Assembly (NCBI RefSeq): GCF_045037415.1
Contig: NZ_CP173438.1
From: Escherichia coli
GTDB taxonomy: Bacteria; Pseudomonadota; Gammaproteobacteria; Enterobacterales; Enterobacteriaceae
Strand: one strand, 5' to 3'
DNA: 64,000 nucleotides
The notes beneath the pieces were generated by a model, which did no database searches, was not told the DNA's origin, and saw only the letters and a list, made by a program, of their open reading frames with translations. The translations under genes were made by a program, and so were the position numbers. Positions 32,079 through 43,699 of this stretch are shown one piece after another. Position 1 is the first letter of the stretch. Each line of letters starts with the position of its first letter.

Positions 32079-32825
32079 GTGACCAAACTCAAACTTCTGG
32101 CACTTGGAGTGCTTATCGCAACGTCTGCAGGCGTAGCGCACGCTGAAGGTAAATTTTCCCTGGGCGCAGGCGTAGGTGTCGTTGAACACCCATATAAAGA
32201 TTACGATACCGATGTTTACCCAGTACCGGTAATCAACTATGAAGGCGATAACTTCTGGTTCCGTGGCTTAGGTGGTGGTTACTACCTGTGGAATGACGCG
32301 ACGGACAAACTTTCAATTACCGCTTACTGGTCGCCGCTTTACTTCAAAGCTAAAGACAGTGGCGATCACCAAATGCGTCACCTCGATGACCGTAAGAGCA
32401 CCATGATGGCTGGTCTGTCTTATGCTCACTTTACCCAGTACGGTTACCTGCGTACCACCCTGGCTGGCGATACCCTGGATAACAGCAACGGCATCGTCTG
32501 GGATATGGCCTGGTTGTATCGTTACACCAACGGTGGCCTGACCGTGACTCCGGGTATTGGTGTGCAGTGGAACAGCGAAAACCAGAACGAATACTATTAT
32601 GGCGTATCGCGCAAAGAGTCCGCTCGCAGCGGTCTGCGTGGCTATAACCCGAACGACAGCTGGAGCCCTTACCTGGAGCTGAGCGCCAGCTACAACTTCC
32701 TCGGCGACTGGAGTGTTTACGGTACCGCGCGCTACACCCGTCTGTCTGATGAAGTTACTGACAGCCCAATGGTGGATAAATCCTGGACTGGCCTGATTTC
32801 TACCGGGATCACCTACAAATTCTGA
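32079..32825 (+). CDS. mipA: MltA-interacting outer-membrane protein
   Basis: 248-aa ORF with signal peptide MTKLKLLALGVLIATSAGVAHAEGKFSLGAGVGVVEHPYKDYDTDVYP...; C-terminal YKF. Confidence 0.94.
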   Translation: MTKLKLLALGVLIATSAGVAHAEGKFSLGAGVGVVEHPYKDYDTDVYPVPVINYEGDNFWFRGLGGGYYLWNDATDKLSITAYWSPLYFKAKDSGDHQMRHLDDRKSTMMAGLSYAHFTQYGYLRTTLAGDTLDNSNGIVWDMAWLYRYTNGGLTVTPGIGVQWNSENQNEYYYGVSRKESARSGLRGYNPNDSWSPYLELSASYNFLGDWSVYGTARYTRLSDEVTDSPMVDKSWTGLISTGITYKF

Positions 32826-32855
32826 TAATGCATCTTTCCAGGGCATTTTGTGCAT

Positions 32856-32883
32856 AAAAACAGGGCGTAATGCCCTGTTTTGC
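32856..32883 (+). terminator. rho-independent terminator of mipA
   Basis: AACAGGGC-GTAAT-GCCCTGTT followed by TTGCATT, about 30 bp after mipA stop. Confidence 0.6.
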
Positions 32884-32914
32884 ATTACGGTGGTGCAATA
32901 CCTGGGAGGAAACA

Positions 32915-33769
32915 ATGCAACAAAAAATGATTCAATTTAGTGGCGATGTCTCACTGCCAGCCATAGGGCAGGGAACATGGTATATGGGCGAAGATGCCAG
33001 TCAGCGTAAAACAGAAGTTGCTGCACTACGCGCGGGCATTGAACTCGGTTTAACCCTCATTGATACCGCCGAAATGTATGCCGATGGCGGTGCCGAAAAA
33101 GTGGTTGGGGAAGCATTAATCGGTCTGCGTGAGAACGTCTTTCTCGTCTCTAAAGTCTATCCGTGGAATGCTGGCGGGCAAAAAGCGATAAATGCATGCG
33201 AAGCCAGTTTACGCCGTCTCAATACTGATTATCTCGATCTCTACTTATTACACTGGTCTGGCAGTTTCGCTCTCGAAGAGACTGTCGCAGCGATGGAAAA
33301 ATTGATCGCCCAGGGAAAAATCCGCCGCTGGGGCGTTTCTAACCTTGATTATGCCGATATGCAGGAACTCTGGCAGCTGCCGGGGGGAAATCAGTGTGCC
33401 ACTAATCAGGTGCTTTACCATCTCGGTTCACGAGGGATTGAGTACGATCTACTTCCCTGGTGCCAGAAACAGCAGATGCCGGTGATGGCTTACAGTCCAT
33501 TAGCCCAGGCCGGGCGGTTGCGCAATGGACTGTTAAAAAATGCGGTAGTCAACGAAATTGCACATGCTCACAATATCAGTGCGGCACAAGTATTGTTGGC
33601 GTGGGTAATCAGCCATCAGGGTGTGATGGCGATTCCAAAAGCGGCAACTGTCGCACATGTCCAACAAAATGCGGCTGTGCTTGAGGTTGAACTTTCGTCA
33701 GCGGAATTAGTTATGCTGGATAAAGCGTATCCGGCACCAAAAGGAAAAACTGCGCTGGATATGGTGTGA
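32915..33769 (+). CDS. yeaE: aldo-keto reductase
   Basis: ORF 32870-33769; K-12-length product (284 aa) begins MQQKMIQFSGDVSLPAIGQGTWYMGED...; GGAGG upstream. Confidence 0.92.
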   Translation: MQQKMIQFSGDVSLPAIGQGTWYMGEDASQRKTEVAALRAGIELGLTLIDTAEMYADGGAEKVVGEALIGLRENVFLVSKVYPWNAGGQKAINACEASLRRLNTDYLDLYLLHWSGSFALEETVAAMEKLIAQGKIRRWGVSNLDYADMQELWQLPGGNQCATNQVLYHLGSRGIEYDLLPWCQKQQMPVMAYSPLAQAGRLRNGLLKNAVVNEIAHAHNISAAQVLLAWVISHQGVMAIPKAATVAHVQQNAAVLEVELSSAELVMLDKAYPAPKGKTALDMV

Positions 33770-33777
33770 TGTTGATT

Positions 33778-33804
33778 CGTGCCGGATGCATCGCACCCGG
33801 CACA
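33778..33804. terminator. REP-like inverted repeat between convergent yeaE and yeaD (GTGCCGG ... CCGGCAC)
   Basis: 7-bp GC inverted repeat with GCCGGATGC core in the 50-bp convergent gap. Confidence 0.3.
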
Positions 33805-33819
33805 CAATATTAACGCAAA

Positions 33820-34704
33820 TTAACGTTTAGCAACGCGAATGGATTGCGCCAGATGTGCAGGTTTCTCTTTGGTGACTTTTTGCGTTTCTGAAGCGTAAGC
33901 CGTTTCTACACAAACAAAGGTCTTGTAGCCATCATCCGGCATATCGCCCATGCTAACTGAAAGCGCCGGTCCTGGGTTCCAGCCTACAACGTTCAGATGA
34001 TGCTGGTGGCCTACGGCGATAATACGATTCAGCGCTTCGTCATTAATTACGCTGCAATCTTGCGGATTCAGATACACGCGATCGGTACGGTCAGGGAAGG
34101 TCTGAATACCGTCGGTCAGTACATCTTCTTTCGCGTCATTTACTTTATCAATGAAGCGATCGCCTAGTCCACTGACGCTTACCTTAGCGATATCACCCAC
34201 GTTAAAGTAGGTATGCAGAGCAGAGGTAGTTTCAAATTCGCCGTGTGCTTCAAGATCGATTTCACAGGTTTTACCCACGTGGAAATGCGCTAACAGCGTA
34301 AAGTCGTGCGGCCAGAATTTTTTCGTCTCTTCGCTTTGTGTCAATTCAAAAGTCAGCGCTACACCATCAGCATCTTCACGATGTGATTTCAGCGTCCACG
34401 GCAGGTTGCGGGCAAAACCGTGCGCAGGCAGACCTTGTTGTGCAGCCGGACCAAACCACGGCCAGCAAACCGGTATGCCACCGCGAATGGCGACGCCATT
34501 TTTGAACGGTGTGTTGTTACTCAACCACAGAACTTCTTCTTCACCCGCAGGTTTCCACGAGAGAAGGTGTGCGCCCTGTAATGCAAAAGAGGCTTTTACC
34601 TGGGGATGATCGACCACAATGAGGTCCAGTTCATCCAGTTTACGACGGGAGAGGACAGGGGAGATTTGTTCGATGACCGGAAGGGCAAAAATTTTCTTAA
34701 TCAT
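33820..34704 (-). CDS. yeaD: glucose-6-phosphate 1-epimerase (aldose-1-epimerase family)
   Basis: ORF 33820-34725; K-12-length product (294 aa) begins MIKKIFALPVIEQISPVLSRRKLDELDLIVVDHPQ... Confidence 0.92.
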   Translation of the reverse strand: MIKKIFALPVIEQISPVLSRRKLDELDLIVVDHPQVKASFALQGAHLLSWKPAGEEEVLWLSNNTPFKNGVAIRGGIPVCWPWFGPAAQQGLPAHGFARNLPWTLKSHREDADGVALTFELTQSEETKKFWPHDFTLLAHFHVGKTCEIDLEAHGEFETTSALHTYFNVGDIAKVSVSGLGDRFIDKVNDAKEDVLTDGIQTFPDRTDRVYLNPQDCSVINDEALNRIIAVGHQHHLNVVGWNPGPALSVSMGDMPDDGYKTFVCVETAYASETQKVTKEKPAHLAQSIRVAKR

Positions 34705-34732
34705 GACGCAGTCCTTTAACTTCATTTTATCA

Positions 34733-34766
34733 GGTAAAAAAAAGAGCGACCGAAGTCGCTCTTTTT
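34733..34766 (-). terminator. rho-independent terminator of gapA
   Basis: On the minus strand AAAGAGCGAC-TTCG-GTCGCTCTTT followed by a U-run, about 20 bp after the gapA stop. Confidence 0.6.
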
Positions 34767-34787
34767 AGATCACAGTGTCATCTCAAC

Positions 34788-35795
<1,008 letters not shown>

Positions 35796-36124
35796 CTATT
35801 TGTTAGTGAATAAAAGGTTGCCTGTAAAATTACAAAAACCTTACGCAGCGTCAAGCGGAATCGTGTCAATCATTGCGACAAATCAATCCTGTGCCTAAGC
35901 ATTACGCGACTGACTCGCCTCACTCTTCCTTTGGGCTTGAGACCACATGGGGTCGGCGCCCCGAATTTTAAAGGGCAATTACGATAAAAATGTGATTTTC
36001 ATCACGATTTAGGTGCAGCCATTTCGTCGAGATCAAGTTTAGGACAAAATTTTGCCAGTTGGTGTTAATGTTTTGTTAGAATCAGTCACGTAATGTGAGC
36101 ACGATTAAAGTGAGATGTGAGCAA

Positions 36125-36538
36125 ATGGCTAATAAACCTTCGGCAGAAGAACTGAAAAAAAATTTGTCCGAGATGCAGTTCTACGTGACGCAGAATCATG
36201 GGACAGAACCGCCATTTACGGGTCGTTTACTGCATAACAAGCGTGACGGCGTATATCACTGTTTGATCTGCGATGCCCCGCTGTTTCATTCCCAAACCAA
36301 GTATGATTCCGGCTGTGGCTGGCCCAGTTTCTACGAACCGGTGAGTGAAGAATCTATTCGTTATATCAAAGACTTGTCACATGGAATGCAGCGCATAGAA
36401 ATTCGTTGCGGTAACTGCGATGCCCATCTGGGCCATGTCTTTCCTGACGGGCCGCAGCCAACGGGCGAACGTTATTGTGTTAACTCTGCTTCTTTACGCT
36501 TCACTGATGGCGAAAACGGCGAAGAAATCAACGGTTGA
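36125..36538 (+). CDS. msrB: peptide methionine sulfoxide reductase B
   Basis: ORF 36095-36538; K-12-length product (137 aa) begins [33 protein letters not shown]...; zinc CxxC pairs ([16 protein letters not shown]). Confidence 0.94.
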
Positions 36539-36579
36539 AAAAACGATTCAGCAACTTATTCCACAGGAGCGGAAAAATT

Positions 36580-36852
36580 ATGAATCTTGATGACATTATC
36601 AACAGCATGACGCCTGAGGTATACCAGCGTTTGTCGACCGCCGTTGAACTGGGGAAATGGCCTGATGGCGTTACGTTGACCGAGGAACAAAAAGAGAACT
36701 GCCTGCAACTGGTGATGCTGTGGCAAGCCCGCCATAATACCGAAGCACAGCATATGACAATTGACACAAATGGTCAGATGGTCATGAAGAGCAAACAGCA
36801 GTTAAAAGAAGATTTTGGTATCTCAGCAAAGCCTATTGCCATGTTTAAGTAA
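36580..36852 (+). CDS. yeaC: DUF1315 family protein
   Basis: ORF 36535-36852; K-12-length product (90 aa) begins MNLDDIINSMTPEVYQRLSTAVELGKWPDG...; AGGAGCGG upstream. Confidence 0.9.
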   Translation: MNLDDIINSMTPEVYQRLSTAVELGKWPDGVTLTEEQKENCLQLVMLWQARHNTEAQHMTIDTNGQMVMKSKQQLKEDFGISAKPIAMFK

Positions 36853-36859
36853 GTGGTTT

Positions 36860-36891
36860 ATCCCCTTTTTGCCGCGGTTATAAAGGGGATA
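36860..36891 (+). terminator. hairpin after yeaC stop (ATCCCCTTTT / AAAAGGGGAT, 12-nt loop)
   Basis: 10-bp inverted repeat 8 bp after yeaC stop; no clear U-tract. Confidence 0.3.
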
Positions 36892-37221
36892 GCCAACAAT
36901 GACCCCACGACTCATCTCAATTATCTCGCCCCGACCTGGCTAAGTCCCAGTCCGATCTCTTGCAGTCGCGTTCACACCTGAATGACTTCTCCTGAACTTA
37001 AGTCTCAGGCCTATTTGGCCGGGAATCCCTCTCGAATTTGCTCTTTTTGCGTCCCGCCTTCCATCAACCTGTAACAACCCCAGCCATTTTCTGCGTAATT
37101 GTGATCTAAGTTGTAAAACGCAGATCATTATCTGTGTTTTACAGATTTAATGTTGACCTCAAAAATCATGTGGGTAAGTATGATGACCATCTAAGCAAAA
37201 CAAAACACAGAGGATGACGCA

Positions 37222-38298
37222 ATGAAAGCACTGGCTCGGTTTGGCAAGGCTTTTGGTGGCTACAAGATGATTGATGTCCCACAACCCATTTGTGGCCCGG
37301 AAGATGTCGTGATTGAAATTAAAGCCGCGGCAATCTGCGGCGCAGACATGAAGCACTACAATGTCGATAGCGGTTCGGATGAGTTTAACTCTATCCGCGG
37401 CCATGAGTTCGCAGGTTGTATTGCGCAGGTTGGTGAAAAAGTCAAAGACTGGAAAGTGGGGCAACGCGTCGTGTCGGATAACAGCGGTCACGTTTGCGGC
37501 GTTTGCCCGGCCTGTGAACAAGGTGATTTTCTGTGTTGTACAGAAAAAGTAAACCTTGGTCTGGATAACAATACCTGGGGCGGTGGTTTTTCCAAATATT
37601 GTCTTGTTCCTGGTGAAATTCTCAAAATTCATCGTCATGCGTTGTGGGAAATCCCTGATGGTGTTGATTATGAGGACGCAGCCGTACTTGACCCTATCTG
37701 TAATGCCTATAAATCCATCGCGCAGCAATCGAAATTCCTTCCAGGTCAGGATGTGGTCGTCATCGGCACTGGCCCACTCGGGCTGTTCTCCGTACAAATG
37801 GCGCGGATTATGGGGGCGGTAAATATCGTCGTCGTTGGTCTGCAAGAAGATGTAACGGTCCGCTTCCCGGTTGCAAAAGAACTGGGTGCGACGGCAGTAG
37901 TAAATGGTTCTACCGAAGATGTGGTGGCACGCTGCCAGCAAATTTGTGGCAAAGACAATCTGGGGCTGGTGATTGAATGCTCCGGTGCCAATATCGCATT
38001 GAAACAAGCCATCGAAATGCTCCGCCCGAATGGGGAAGTAGTACGCGTTGGAATGGGCTTCAAACCTCTTGATTTCTCGATTAATGACATTACCGCCTGG
38101 AACAAAAGCATCATTGGGCATATGGCCTATGACTCCACTTCATGGCGTAACGCTATCAGGCTATTAGCCAGCGGCGCTATCAAAGTCAAACCGATGATCA
38201 CGCATCGTATCGGCCTGTCGCAATGGCGCGAAGGGTTTGATGCGATGGTCGATAAAACTGCAATCAAAGTGATCATGACTTACGACTTTGATGAATAA
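37222..38298 (+). CDS. ydjL: zinc-dependent medium-chain alcohol/sugar dehydrogenase
   Basis: 358-aa ORF MKALARFGKAFGGYKMIDVPQPICGPEDVVIEIKAAAICGADMKHYN...; GHEFAG zinc motif and GTGPLG Rossmann motif. Confidence 0.94.
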   Translation: MKALARFGKAFGGYKMIDVPQPICGPEDVVIEIKAAAICGADMKHYNVDSGSDEFNSIRGHEFAGCIAQVGEKVKDWKVGQRVVSDNSGHVCGVCPACEQGDFLCCTEKVNLGLDNNTWGGGFSKYCLVPGEILKIHRHALWEIPDGVDYEDAAVLDPICNAYKSIAQQSKFLPGQDVVVIGTGPLGLFSVQMARIMGAVNIVVVGLQEDVTVRFPVAKELGATAVVNGSTEDVVARCQQICGKDNLGLVIECSGANIALKQAIEMLRPNGEVVRVGMGFKPLDFSINDITAWNKSIIGHMAYDSTSWRNAIRLLASGAIKVKPMITHRIGLSQWREGFDAMVDKTAIKVIMTYDFDE

Positions 38299-38324
38299 CT
38301 ACTCTCCTGAAGGAACGTTATCGC

Positions 38325-39704
38325 ATGGAACAGATAACAAAACCGCATTGTGGTGCACGGCTGGATCGCTTACCGGATTGCCGCTGGCATTCGTCGATGT
38401 TTGCCATCGTCGCGTTTGGCCTGCTTGTCTGCTGGAGTAATGCCGTTGGTGGCTTGATCCTCGCGCAGCTGAAAGCGTTGGGCTGGACAGATAATTCCAC
38501 CACTGCCACATTCTCAGCAATCACGACCGCCGGAATGTTTCTCGGTGCGCTGGTGGGCGGCATCATCGGTGACAAAACCGGTCGCAGAAATGCGTTTATC
38601 CTCTATGAGGCCATTCATATTGCCTCGATGGTTGTCGGTGCTTTCTCACCGAATATGGATTTCCTTATTGCCTGCCGTTTTGTGATGGGCGTTGGGCTGG
38701 GAGCTTTACTGGTTACACTGTTTGCTGGTTTCACCGAATATATGCCCGGAAGAAATCGCGGAACGTGGTCCAGTCGGGTTTCCTTTATTGGTAACTGGTC
38801 ATATCCGCTCTGTTCATTGATTGCGATGGGACTCACGCCGCTGATTAGTGCAGAGTGGAACTGGCGGGTACAACTGCTTATCCCTGCAATATTGTCACTT
38901 ATCGCTACGGCGCTGGCCTGGCGCTACTTTCCTGAATCCCCGCGCTGGCTGGAATCGCGCGGACGTTATCAGGAAGCCGAGAAAGTCATGCGGAGTATAG
39001 AAGAAGGCGTCATACGCCAGACGGGTAAACCTTTGCCGCCTGTGGTTATTGCTGATGACGGTAAAGCACCACAAGCGGTGCCGTATTCAGCCTTACTGAC
39101 AGGAGTATTACTGAAACGCGTGATATTAGGCTCTTGTGTGCTGATTGCCATGAACGTTGTGCAGTACACACTAATTAACTGGTTGCCAACGATATTCATG
39201 ACCCAGGGAATTAATTTAAAAGACTCGATTGTTTTAAATACCATGAGTATGTTTGGCGCGCCATTTGGTATTTTTATTGCCATGCTGGTGATGGATAAAA
39301 TTCCGCGTAAAACAATGGGTGTGGGGCTATTAATCCTGATTGCGGTGCTCGGATATATCTATTCACTGCAAACCAGTATGTTGCTCATAACGCTGATTGG
39401 TTTCTTCCTGATTACTTTCGTCTATATGTACGTTTGCTATGCCTCGGCAGTGTATGTCCCTGAGATCTGGCCGACAGAGGCCAAACTCCGTGGCTCCGGT
39501 CTGGCGAATGCGGTAGGGCGAATCAGTGGTATTGCCGCACCTTATGCCGTTGCAGTGCTGCTCAGTAGTTATGGCGTAACGGGAGTCTTTATTCTTCTGG
39601 GGGCTGTTTCAATTATTGTCGCAATTGCTATCGCCACCATTGGAATTGAAACCAAAGGTGTCTCCGTTGAAAGTTTAAGTATTGATGCAGTAGCCAATAA
39701 ATAA
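38325..39704 (+). CDS. ydjK: MFS sugar-family transporter
   Basis: 459-aa ORF MEQITKPHCGARLDRLPDCRWHSSMFAIVAFGLLVCWSNAVGG...; 12-TM profile. Confidence 0.93.
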   Translation: MEQITKPHCGARLDRLPDCRWHSSMFAIVAFGLLVCWSNAVGGLILAQLKALGWTDNSTTATFSAITTAGMFLGALVGGIIGDKTGRRNAFILYEAIHIASMVVGAFSPNMDFLIACRFVMGVGLGALLVTLFAGFTEYMPGRNRGTWSSRVSFIGNWSYPLCSLIAMGLTPLISAEWNWRVQLLIPAILSLIATALAWRYFPESPRWLESRGRYQEAEKVMRSIEEGVIRQTGKPLPPVVIADDGKAPQAVPYSALLTGVLLKRVILGSCVLIAMNVVQYTLINWLPTIFMTQGINLKDSIVLNTMSMFGAPFGIFIAMLVMDKIPRKTMGVGLLILIAVLGYIYSLQTSMLLITLIGFFLITFVYMYVCYASAVYVPEIWPTEAKLRGSGLANAVGRISGIAAPYAVAVLLSSYGVTGVFILLGAVSIIVAIAIATIGIETKGVSVESLSIDAVANK

Positions 39705-39720
39705 TACTGGTGGATTCAAA

Positions 39721-40764
39721 ATGAAAAATTCAAAAGCAATGTTGCAGGTGCCGGGCACAATGAAAATTATTTCAGCAGAAATACCTGTACCTAAAGAAGA
39801 TGAAGTTTTGATTAAAGTGGAATATGTCGGTATTTGTGGTTCAGATGTACATGGTTTTGAATCAGGCCCGTTTATTCCTCCTAAAGACCCAAATCAAGAA
39901 ATTGGCCTGGGTCATGAATGCGCCGGGACGGTTGTGGCTGTGGGAAGCCGCGTGCGCAAATTTAAACCGGGGGATCGGGTAAATATCGAACCTGGCGTTC
40001 CTTGCGGTCACTGTCGTTACTGTCTGGAAGGCAAATATAACATCTGCCCGGACGTTGATTTTATGGCGACACAACCCAACTACCGCGGCGCATTAACGCA
40101 CTATCTGTGTCATCCGGAGAGCTTTACTTACAAACTGCCAGACAATATGGACACGATGGAAGGGGCGCTGGTGGAGCCTGCCGCAGTCGGGATGCATGCC
40201 GCGATGCTGGCAGATGTTAAACCGGGTAAGAAGATAATTATTCTGGGAGCGGGTTGTATTGGTTTGATGACGTTGCAAGCGTGCAAATGCCTGGGAGCAA
40301 CGGAAATTGCCGTCGTTGATGTGCTGGAAAAACGTCTGACAATGGCGGAACAGCTCGGCGCGACAGTGGTTATTAACGGCGCAAAAGAAGACACTATTGC
40401 ACGCTGTCAGCAATTTACCGAAGACATGGGCGCAGATATTGTTTTTGAAACAGCGGGTTCTGCGGTCACCGTTAAACAGGCACCTTATCTGGTCATGCGC
40501 GGCGGTAAAATTATGATTGTTGGTACTGTACCCGGCGATTCGGCAATCAATTTCCTCAAAATCAATCGCGAAGTCACTATCCAGACGGTATTCCGCTATG
40601 CCAATCGTTATCCGGTCACGATTGAAGCTATTTCTTCAGGGCGATTCGATGTGAAATCGATGGTGACGCATATTTACGATTATCGGGATGTACAACAGGC
40701 ATTTGAAGAGTCAGTTAACAACAAACGCGACATTATTAAAGGCGTTATTAAAATTAGCGATTAA
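39721..40764 (+). CDS. ydjJ: zinc-dependent alcohol/sugar dehydrogenase
   Basis: 347-aa ORF MKNSKAMLQVPGTMKIISAEIPVPKEDEVLIKVEYVGICGSDVHGFESG...; GHECAG and GAGCIG motifs. Confidence 0.94.
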   Translation: MKNSKAMLQVPGTMKIISAEIPVPKEDEVLIKVEYVGICGSDVHGFESGPFIPPKDPNQEIGLGHECAGTVVAVGSRVRKFKPGDRVNIEPGVPCGHCRYCLEGKYNICPDVDFMATQPNYRGALTHYLCHPESFTYKLPDNMDTMEGALVEPAAVGMHAAMLADVKPGKKIIILGAGCIGLMTLQACKCLGATEIAVVDVLEKRLTMAEQLGATVVINGAKEDTIARCQQFTEDMGADIVFETAGSAVTVKQAPYLVMRGGKIMIVGTVPGDSAINFLKINREVTIQTVFRYANRYPVTIEAISSGRFDVKSMVTHIYDYRDVQQAFEESVNNKRDIIKGVIKISD

Positions 40765-40784
40765 TTAATACGGGAGAACAGAAC

Positions 40785-41621
40785 ATGCTCGCAGATATCA
40801 GATATTGGGAAAACGATGCCACAAATAAACATTATGCAATTGCCCATTTTAACGTATGGAATGCAGAAATGTTGATGGGCGTTATCGACGCAGCCGAAGA
40901 AGCGAAATCACCGGTTATTATTTCTTTTGGCACAGGTTTTGTCGGCAACACCTCATTTGAAGATTTCTCTCACATGATGGTATCAATGGCACAAAAAGCA
41001 ACGGTGCCGGTAATAACTCATTGGGATCATGGTCGGAGTATGGAGATTATTCATAACGCCTGGACTCATGGTATGAATTCATTAATGCGTGATGCTTCTG
41101 CATTTGATTTCGAAGAAAATATTCGTTTAACCAAAGAGGCTGTTGATTTCTTCCATCCGCTGGGTATTCCGGTAGAGGCGGAATTAGGGCATGTCGGTAA
41201 TGAAACCGTTTATGAGGAAGCGCTGGCAGGCTATCACTATACCGATCCTGACCAGGCGGCTGAATTTGTTGAACGTACGGGCTGTGACTCATTGGCTGTC
41301 GCCATCGGCAACCAGCATGGGGTTTATACGTCAGAGCCACAATTGAACTTTGAGGTCGTCAAACGCGTACGCGATGCTGTTTCTGTTCCGCTGGTTTTGC
41401 ATGGCGCATCAGGGATCAGTGATGCCGACATTAAAACTGCAATTTCGTTGGGTATTGCGAAAATCAACATTCATACGGAGCTCTGTCAGGCCGCAATGGT
41501 AGCAGTGAAAGAAAACCAGGATCAGCCTTTCCTGCATTTAGAACGTGAAGTGCGTAAAGCTATAAAAGAACGGGCATTGGATAAAATTAAACTGTTCGGT
41601 TCTGATGGCAAAGCGGAATAA
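40785..41621 (+). CDS. ydjI: class II (metal-dependent) ketose-bisphosphate aldolase family protein
   Basis: 278-aa ORF MLADIRYWENDATNKHYAIAHFNVWNAEMLMGVIDAAEEAKSPVIISF... Confidence 0.93.
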   Translation: MLADIRYWENDATNKHYAIAHFNVWNAEMLMGVIDAAEEAKSPVIISFGTGFVGNTSFEDFSHMMVSMAQKATVPVITHWDHGRSMEIIHNAWTHGMNSLMRDASAFDFEENIRLTKEAVDFFHPLGIPVEAELGHVGNETVYEEALAGYHYTDPDQAAEFVERTGCDSLAVAIGNQHGVYTSEPQLNFEVVKRVRDAVSVPLVLHGASGISDADIKTAISLGIAKINIHTELCQAAMVAVKENQDQPFLHLEREVRKAIKERALDKIKLFGSDGKAE

Positions 41622-41625
41622 TAAT

Positions 41626-42573
41626 ATGGATAATCTCGACGTTATTTGTATAGGTGCCGCTATTGTTGATATTCCATTGCAACCGGTCAGTAAAAATATC
41701 TTTGATGTGGATTCTTATCCTCTTGAAAGAATCGCAATGACCACCGGGGGTGATGCAATAAATGAAGCAACAATTATTTCTCGTCTGGGCCATCGCACAG
41801 CATTAATGAGTCGTATTGGTAAAGATGCCGCAGGGCAATTTATTCTCGACCATTGCCGCAAAGAGAATATTGATATTCAAAGCCTGAAGCAGGACGTCAG
41901 CATAGATACCTCTATTAACGTTGGACTGGTGACGGAGGATGGCGAGCGGACCTTTGTCACAAACCGTAACGGCAGTCTGTGGAAATTGAATATTGACGAT
42001 GTTGATTTTGCGCGGTTTTCTCAGGCGAAATTATTATCACTGGCCAGTATTTTCAACAGTCCTCTATTGGATGGTCGAGCGCTAACAGAAATTTTTACGC
42101 AAGCTAAAACCCGGCAGATGATTATCTGTGCCGATATGATCAAACCGCGGTTGAATGAAACGCTGAATGATATTTGCGAAGCATTGAGTTATGTCGATTA
42201 TCTGTTTCCTAATTTTGCCGAGGCAAAATTACTCACCGGGAAAGAGACACTGGATGAAATTGCTGACTGCTTTCTTGCGTGCGGCGTAAAAACGGTGGTG
42301 ATTAAAACGGGTAAAGACGGCTGCTTTATCAAGCGTGGTGACATGACGATGAAGGTGCCGGCGGTCGCAGGAATAACCGCTATCGACACCATTGGTGCGG
42401 GCGATAACTTTGCTTCAGGTTTTATTGCAGCACTGTTAGAAGGCAAAAATCTGCGAGAATGCGCACGCTTTGCCAATGCAACGGCGGCTATCTCGGTTCT
42501 AAGCATCGGCGCCACCACCGGTGTAAAAAACAGAAAGCTGGTCGAACAATTGCTGGAAGAATACGAAGGATAA
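41626..42573 (+). CDS. ydjH: PfkB-family sugar kinase
   Basis: ORF 41605-42573; K-12-length product (315 aa) begins MDNLDVICIGAAIVDIPLQP...; C-terminal GAGDNF motif. Confidence 0.92.
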   Translation: MDNLDVICIGAAIVDIPLQPVSKNIFDVDSYPLERIAMTTGGDAINEATIISRLGHRTALMSRIGKDAAGQFILDHCRKENIDIQSLKQDVSIDTSINVGLVTEDGERTFVTNRNGSLWKLNIDDVDFARFSQAKLLSLASIFNSPLLDGRALTEIFTQAKTRQMIICADMIKPRLNETLNDICEALSYVDYLFPNFAEAKLLTGKETLDEIADCFLACGVKTVVIKTGKDGCFIKRGDMTMKVPAVAGITAIDTIGAGDNFASGFIAALLEGKNLRECARFANATAAISVLSIGATTGVKNRKLVEQLLEEYEG

Positions 42574-42582
42574 TGAAGGCAA

Positions 42583-43563
42583 ATGAAAAAGATACCTTTA
42601 GGCACAGCGGATATAACGCTTTCGCGAATGGGGTTGGGTACATGGGCTATTGGCGGCGGTCCTGCATGGAATGGCGATCTCGATCGACAAATATGCATTG
42701 ATACGATTCTTGAAGCCCATCGTTGCGGCATTAACCTGATTGATACTGCGCCAGGATATAACTTTGGCAATAGTGAAGTTATCGTTGGTCAGGCGTTAAA
42801 AAAACTGCCCCGTGAACAGGTTGTAGTAGAAACCAAATGCGGCATTGTCTGGGAACGAAAAGGAAGTTTATTCAACAAAGTTGGCGATCGGCAGTTGTAT
42901 AAAAACCTTTCTCCGGAATCTATCCGCGAAGAGGTAGAAGCCAGCTTGCAACGTCTGGGTATTGATTACATCGATATCTACATGACGCACTGGCAGTCGG
43001 TGCCGCCATTTTTTACGCCGATAGCTGAAACTGTTGCAGTGCTTAATGCGTTAAAGGCCGAAGGGAAAATTCGCGCTATAGGCGCTGCTAACGTCGATGC
43101 TGACCATATCCGCGAGTATCTGCAACATGGTGAACTGGATATTATTCAGGCGAAATACAGTATTCTCGACCGGGCGATGGAAAACGAACTGCTGCCGCTA
43201 TGTCGTGATAATGGCATTGTGGTTCAGGTTTATTCCCCGCTAGAGCAGGGATTGTTGACCGGCACCATCACGCGTGATTACGTTCCGGGCGGCGCTCGGG
43301 CAAATAAAGTCTGGTTCCAGCGTGAAAACATGCTGAAAGTGATTGATATGCTTGAACAGTGGCAGCCACTCTGTGCTCGTTATCAGTGCACAATTCCCAC
43401 TCTGGCACTGGCGTGGATATTAAAACAGAGTGATTTAATCTCCATTCTTAGTGGGGCTACTGCGCCGGAACAGGTACGTGAAAATGTCGCGGCACTGAAT
43501 ATCAACTTATCGGATGCAGACGCAACATTGATGAGGGAAATGGCAGAGGCCCTGGAGCGTTAA
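42583..43563 (+). CDS. ydjG: aldo-keto reductase (NADH-dependent)
   Basis: 326-aa ORF MKKIPLGTADITLSRMGLGTWAIGGGPAWNGDLDRQICIDTILEAHR... Confidence 0.93.
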   Translation: MKKIPLGTADITLSRMGLGTWAIGGGPAWNGDLDRQICIDTILEAHRCGINLIDTAPGYNFGNSEVIVGQALKKLPREQVVVETKCGIVWERKGSLFNKVGDRQLYKNLSPESIREEVEASLQRLGIDYIDIYMTHWQSVPPFFTPIAETVAVLNALKAEGKIRAIGAANVDADHIREYLQHGELDIIQAKYSILDRAMENELLPLCRDNGIVVQVYSPLEQGLLTGTITRDYVPGGARANKVWFQRENMLKVIDMLEQWQPLCARYQCTIPTLALAWILKQSDLISILSGATAPEQVRENVAALNINLSDADATLMREMAEALER

Positions 43564-43699
43564 ATACTCAACACGATTCACCTCTGTTTCTGTGAAAACT
43601 GTGATGAAAATCTGTGATTCAAACAGGTTATTTTGAAAGTAAACATCGGTTATGCGATAATTGCGCTAATGTGATGTAAAAAGATACAGGGGTGTAATC

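Noticed and set aside
36940-37128. 62-aa minus-strand ORF in the yeaC-ydjL spacer
   Set aside because: Arg/Lys-rich low-complexity translation, no ribosome-binding site, embedded in what is most likely the ydjL promoter region.
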